From an uncultured bacterium (GTDB taxonomy: Bacteria; Krumholzibacteriota; Krumholzibacteriia; Krumholzibacteriales; Krumholzibacteriaceae): a DNA stretch of 64,000 bases. The DNA is taken from assembly GCA_963813815.1 (NCBI GenBank), contig CAWFAD010000007.1, positions 160,001 to 224,000 on the forward strand, read 5' to 3'. The notes beneath the pieces are model-generated. The model was not told the origin of the DNA, did no database searches, and saw nothing but the letters and a program-made list of their open reading frames with translations. Positions 59,847-64,000 of this stretch are shown in pieces. A program made the translations under genes and the position numbers. Within the stretch, counting starts at the first letter, position 1. The number at the start of each line of letters is the position of its first letter.

Positions 59847-61981
59847 CGACGGCCGCCCGGCCGGCGGGAAACGGACGAATCAGCGTGTGGATAGAGCGTA
59901 TCGCGATCGAGAATTTTCTCGCGTTCCGTGAGCTCTCGGTGGGCTTCGATCGCGGCTTCAACGTCGTGCTGGCCCCGAACGAAGGGGGAAAAAGCAGCCT
60001 CCTCGGCGCCATCGTGACGGCGCTCTTCACCGGCGCCGATGCGCGCAGCGCCGGCGTGAAGTCCCTCGCCCGGTGGGGAAGCCGGGAGCTCTTCCGGCTC
60101 GAGATCTCGCTCGAGCTCGGCGGCCTTCGCTACCGCCTCGCTCGGGATTTCAGCGCGAAACAGCAGGAGATTGGTCTCGAGGGGGAGAGCAAGCCGATCG
60201 CGCGGGGGAAGGCGGTCGATGCGTTTCTCGCGGAGCGCCTCCCGATAGCCGACCGGGATCTCTTTCTCCGCGTCTGCGCCGTGCGCCACGAGGAGCTCGC
60301 CCGCGTGGGGAACGGGGATTCGAACATCGGAGAGCAGCTCGAAGAGATGCTCGCGGGCACGGGCGGCCGCTCGACCCCCGCCCTCGTGGCGAAGGCCGTC
60401 GAAGGGAAACGCAAGGATCTCATGCGGGGCATCGAGCATCCGGCGAAAGAGGAGAACTGGGGGTCCGTCAAGAGATTCTCCGAGGAGCTCTCCGCGGCGG
60501 GCGCGGCGCTCTCCGAAGCGCGAGAGGCCTCCCGACGGCGCGAGGCCCTCTCGCGGAGGATAGCGGCCCGGCGCGGGGCGTTCGAGGAAACCGCGCGCGC
60601 TCTCACGGATCTCGTCGAGACCCGGGACCGGGCGGTCCGCCGCCGCGATCTCGCCGCCCGGGCGGCCGGAGCGAGGGCGCGGGCCGACGAGCTGCGAAAG
60701 AAGATCGAGCGCATGCGGGATCTCTCGGCGCGGCGCGAGGAGACCTCCGCGTCGCTCGGGCGGCTGCCGGAGCCGCTGCGGGTCGCCGAGGAGGGGCGTC
60801 TCGGCGAACTTCGCGCCGCCCTCGAGAGGGAGTCGGTCCTCGGTCGCGAGCGCGGGCGGCCTCGCGTCGCATCTTCCGAGCCGGCTCGGTGGCTCATCTG
60901 GGCGGGATTGGCGCTCGTCGCGGCGGGGGCGGTGCTGGGGCTCCTCTGGCATCGAGCGTTCTTTGGCGCGGCGGCGGCGGGAGTCTGCCTCGTCGCGTGG
61001 TACGCCCACCGCCGCCGCGTTCACGCCGCTTCGGCGGCTTCGAGCACGGACCTCGAGGATCTCGAGAGACTGCGCGGGGCCCGCGCCGCTTGGTCGGCCG
61101 GCGCATCGCCGGAGGAGGCCCGATCAATGATCGAGGAAAGAGCCCGGCTCGGCGCGGCTCTCCGCGATCTTCACGGCCGCATCGAGGAGGCCTCCGAGGG
61201 CGCGCCCGGAGCTCCGGCGGAGATCATCGAGCGACTCGACGCGGCATACGGCGGGGCGGCCTTGGAAGCCCGCGCCATCGAGGAGCAGAGCGCGGCGCTC
61301 GAGGCCTTTTCGGTCGACGCGCAACGTCTCCTCGCCATCGAGCGCGAGATCGGGGAAAAGGGCGCCCTTCGGGAAAAGCTTCGCGCCGAGATCGAGGAGG
61401 CCGAGCGCGAGCGCGCCGCCGTTTCCGTCTCCGACGTTCCGGCGCTCGCCGAGCGCGCCGCGGCGGCGGAGGAAAATCTCGGGCGCGCGAAACGGAGAGC
61501 GAGCGTGCTCGCGCTCGTCGCCGAGGCCCTCGACGAAGCGAGGCGCGGCGTCTCGGGCACGCTGGCCGAGCGGCTTCCGCCGCTCGCCGCCCGGCACCTC
61601 TCGCGACTCACGGGCGGCCGGTACGAGAAGCTGTTCTTCGATCCCCGAACGCTGGTCGTCACGGCGGAGCCCGCGGCGACCGACGGCGAGCGGGGAGCGC
61701 ACGCGCTTCCGCCGCCCGAGCGGATCGATCTCGACGCGCTGAGCCAAGGGGCGCGCGATCTCGCGTACCTCGCCGTTCGCCTCGCCCTCGTCGATCTCAT
61801 CGGAGGGGACGATCTCCAGCCGCTCTTTCTCGACGATCCCTTCGTCCATCTCGATCCCGTCCGGCGGGAGCGAGCCCTCGACCTCGTCCGCGAGTTCGCG
61901 GGCTCCCATCAGGTCATCCTCTTCACGTGCGATCCGGCCTACGAAAGCGCCGGCGCCCGCGTGCTCCGTCTCGGCGCCTGA
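59843..61981 (+). CDS. SbcC/Rad50-like coiled-coil ATPase with TM hairpin (YhaN-like)
   Basis: Walker A APNEGGKS, coiled coil, two TM segments, LSQG signature, FLDDPFVHLD; start may be 59885. Confidence 0.88.
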   Translation: MTTAARPAGNGRISVWIERIAIENFLAFRELSVGFDRGFNVVLAPNEGGKSSLLGAIVTALFTGADARSAGVKSLARWGSRELFRLEISLELGGLRYRLARDFSAKQQEIGLEGESKPIARGKAVDAFLAERLPIADRDLFLRVCAVRHEELARVGNGDSNIGEQLEEMLAGTGGRSTPALVAKAVEGKRKDLMRGIEHPAKEENWGSVKRFSEELSAAGAALSEAREASRRREALSRRIAARRGAFEETARALTDLVETRDRAVRRRDLAARAAGARARADELRKKIERMRDLSARREETSASLGRLPEPLRVAEEGRLGELRAALERESVLGRERGRPRVASSEPARWLIWAGLALVAAGAVLGLLWHRAFFGAAAAGVCLVAWYAHRRRVHAASAASSTDLEDLERLRGARAAWSAGASPEEARSMIEERARLGAALRDLHGRIEEASEGAPGAPAEIIERLDAAYGGAALEARAIEEQSAALEAFSVDAQRLLAIEREIGEKGALREKLRAEIEEAERERAAVSVSDVPALAERAAAAEENLGRAKRRASVLALVAEALDEARRGVSGTLAERLPPLAARHLSRLTGGRYEKLFFDPRTLVVTAEPAATDGERGAHALPPPERIDLDALSQGARDLAYLAVRLALVDLIGGDDLQPLFLDDPFVHLDPVRRERALDLVREFAGSHQVILFTCDPAYESAGARVLRLGA

Positions 61982-62019
61982 CGCCTCACCCCGCGCCGCG
62001 GGAGCCCCGCTCTTCGAGC

Positions 62020-62048
62020 TTGTCAATTCCTCCCCCGTGCCATACACT
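62020..62048 (+). promoter_or_regulatory. Putative sigma70 promoter
   Basis: TTGTCA-N17-TACACT upstream of ATG 62101. Confidence 0.6.
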
Positions 62049-62100
62049 CGCCGTCGGGAGCGGCGCTGCGGGGACGGGCCGCTCGAAAGGGGGAGAACCC

Positions 62101-62361
62101 ATGAAAGAGATCGAGGTCGGAGTGGTGCAGGACTACTTCGCCCGGATCGGCGTCGCCGCGCTCGCCATCACGGCGGAAGGCGTCAAGATCGGCGACCGCC
62201 TTCACATCAAGGGGCATACGACCGATTTCAACATGCCGGTCGAATCGCTTCAGGTGGAGCACGCGCAGGTGAGCGAGGCGGGGGCCGGCGCTTCCGTCGG
62301 CATCAAGGTTCCCGATCGCGTGCGGGCGGGAGACGTGGTCTTCAAGGTCGTCGAGGGCTGA
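62101..62361 (+). CDS. Small translation-elongation-factor-like beta-barrel protein
   Basis: VG.V.DYF..IGVA...GD.LHIKGHTTDF...VESLQ...VGIKV; GGAG RBS. Confidence 0.8.
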   Translation: MKEIEVGVVQDYFARIGVAALAITAEGVKIGDRLHIKGHTTDFNMPVESLQVEHAQVSEAGAGASVGIKVPDRVRAGDVVFKVVEG

Positions 62362-62364
62362 CGC

Positions 62365-62631
62365 CTACTTTCCGGCGAGTATCAGGATTCCAAAGAGAAT
62401 AAAGAGCCCTCCCGAGACGAATCGTATGGCCCGCTCCCCGAGAACGGCGGGCAGAAAGCTCCCGACGACCGTGCCGATCGCCGTGGCGAGCACCATGGCG
62501 AGCGCCGCCCCCAAAAACACGGTCCAGGGCGACCTGAATCGCGACGAGCAGGAGATTACCGCGAGCTGAGTCTTGTCGCCGAGCTCGGCGAGGAACATCA
62601 CCCCGAACGTCGTAAAGAAAACCTTCCACAT
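62365..62631 (-). CDS. TMEM165/GDT1 (UPF0016) family, single-repeat form
   Basis: FLAELGDKTQL motif, three TM helices. Confidence 0.9.
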   Translation of the reverse strand: MWKVFFTTFGVMFLAELGDKTQLAVISCSSRFRSPWTVFLGAALAMVLATAIGTVVGSFLPAVLGERAIRFVSGGLFILFGILILAGK

Positions 62632-62634
62632 GGG

Positions 62635-63666
62635 TCACAGTCCTTTCATGAGTCCGCCGTCGATACGCGAGCGGATCGCCTTCATCATGGCCGGAAGGGC
62701 CTCGAGGTCTCCGCTTTCGGCGATCCCTTCCTCGAGAAGATCGAGCCCCGGGGGGATCGAGTCCAGAAATTTGCGCTTGCCCTTTCTGAGTCCGAGCTTG
62801 GCGAAGGCCGCGAGCGCCTGAAGGTTCCGCTGGATGCCGGCGAGGACGAATGTCCCGTAGAATTTCTCGAAACGCTCGCCTGGCCGCGAGCCGCGTTCCC
62901 TCAAGCCCCCGTGCAGCTCCTCGGCGAGCGCGCGGCGGATGGGGGGCGGGAGGGGATGGTAGGGGTCCTTGAGGAGCGAAGCCGAGTCGTAGAGCCCCGG
63001 CCCGCGATGCGCGGTCTGGAAATCGACGAGCCGGAGCCGGTCGCCCGCGATCATCAAGTTTCGGCTCTGAAAATCCCGGTGCATGAACACGAGCGGCTCG
63101 GCGGCGAGCGAGGCGGCGAGCCGCCCGCGCTCCTTCTCCCACGAGGACGGCACGTCGACGCGGCAGAAGCCGTGTATGAACTCGCGCACGAAGTAATCCG
63201 TTTCCCCGAGCAGGGCGCGCTCGTCGAACACCCGCTCCGCGAGGAGCCCGCGGCGCTTCATCTCCCCGGTGACGCCGGTCTGGAGAGAGACGAGGATCGA
63301 CGCCGCCTCGCGATAGCGGCGCAGGACCGTTTCCTCCGGCGCGCCCGCGAGCGCGTCCTCGAGATGCAGGTCGCCGACGTCCTCCATGAGAACGAGACCC
63401 TGCCCCGGATCGCATGCGAGTATCTCCGGCACGGCCACGCCGCACTCCGACAGAAAACGCCCGATCTCTATGTACGAATCGATTTCCCAGCCGGGATCCT
63501 GGGAGAGCAGGACGGCGCTCGAACCGGCCCCGCCGATCCTCGTGAAGCTGCGATCCGAGCCTCCCTCGAGCGGCGTGAAAACCGCATCCGCGGCGAGGGC
63601 GCGAAGCCCGGCTCTCTCGAGAAGCGGCCGCGACGCCGCGCGGATCGATTCGTCACCGGCGTTCAT
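62635..63666 (-). CDS. Phosphotransferase (AmgK/APH-like)
   Basis: GGSDRSFTR, MEDVGD, HRDFQSRNLM, VDFQ, YDSASLL, QRNLQAL. Confidence 0.85.
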   Translation of the reverse strand: MNAGDESIRAASRPLLERAGLRALAADAVFTPLEGGSDRSFTRIGGAGSSAVLLSQDPGWEIDSYIEIGRFLSECGVAVPEILACDPGQGLVLMEDVGDLHLEDALAGAPEETVLRRYREAASILVSLQTGVTGEMKRRGLLAERVFDERALLGETDYFVREFIHGFCRVDVPSSWEKERGRLAASLAAEPLVFMHRDFQSRNLMIAGDRLRLVDFQTAHRGPGLYDSASLLKDPYHPLPPPIRRALAEELHGGLRERGSRPGERFEKFYGTFVLAGIQRNLQALAAFAKLGLRKGKRKFLDSIPPGLDLLEEGIAESGDLEALPAMMKAIRSRIDGGLMKGL

Positions 63667-63675
63667 GAGCCGTCG

Positions 63676-63999
63676 TCACCCCTTGAGGGAGCCCCCGGAA
63701 AAAACGATTTCGCCGCGCCGTCTCTCGCCGCCGGCGACTCGCGCGCCCTCGAGCAGAACGCAGTCTTCCACCTCGGCGCCCCTCTCGATCGTCGCGCGCC
63801 GTCCGATCTCGCAAAATCCCGATATCCGGGCGCCGGGCTCGACGACGGATTCTTCCCCTTCGTGGACCGGTCCGGCGGGAGGAGCGAGCCGCGGATCGAA
63901 GAACGTTTTCTCGATCAGTATCCTCCGGTGAATCCCGAGATAGGAGGAGGGGGATCCGCAGTCCGCCCAGGCGCACGTTCCGCCGCCTGCGCCCGCGTT
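63676..63999 (-). CDS. Sugar-phosphate nucleotidyltransferase, C-terminal part (5' end outside window)
   Basis: My translation: ...WADCGSPSSYL.IHR...GARISG.CEIG..ATIE.GAEVEDCVL...* (WxDxG motif plus hexapeptide tail). Confidence 0.75.
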   Translation of the reverse strand, partial: NAGAGGGTCAWADCGSPSSYLGIHRRILIEKTFFDPRLAPPAGPVHEGEESVVEPGARISGFCEIGRRATIERGAEVEDCVLLEGARVAGGERRRGEIVFSGGSLKG

Positions 64000-64000
64000 C

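Overview
High-GC bacterial chromosome segment, almost fully coding and mostly housekeeping. It has no CRISPR array, rRNA, integrase or transposase. A secreted protein with a FlgD-like C-terminal domain, plus Tol-Pal, Rnf and System II cytochrome c maturation, suggest a diderm anaerobe, possibly of an FCB candidate lineage (inference only). Contents in order: fba-gap-pgk-tpiA-secG-tRNA-Leu(GAG); rhomboid; amidohydrolase; DUF885-like protein; ccsB/ccsA; an Opp/Dpp-type ABC operon with an embedded signal-anchored beta-CASP nuclease; tRNA thiolase, NUDIX, PfkB, phosphoesterase, GT2-TPR, SAM hydrolase; two ECF sigma/anti-sigma modules with Spy/CpxP-like proteins; aminotransferase, pgeF, thrC; a DUF4384 protein with CxxCH; tolQRAB-pal-cpoB; two CNNM proteins; DUF1611; two PD-(D/E)XK-fold genes; acpS; tolC; rnfABCDGE; a convergent ftcd-pgi-apbE-cytochrome-membrane protein-31 aa sORF run; SbcD/SbcC-like (YhaO/YhaN) genes; GDT1; an AmgK/MurU-like pair. 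Five genes appear broken by single-base frameshifts, most likely assembly indels. Best candidates for something undescribed: the exported beta-CASP nuclease/ABC module, the Rnf-adjacent apbE/CX4CH cytochrome/sORF module, the Cys/Met-rich Spy protein, and the DUF4384-CxxCH protein. All family calls come from motif recognition by eye; no searches were run.
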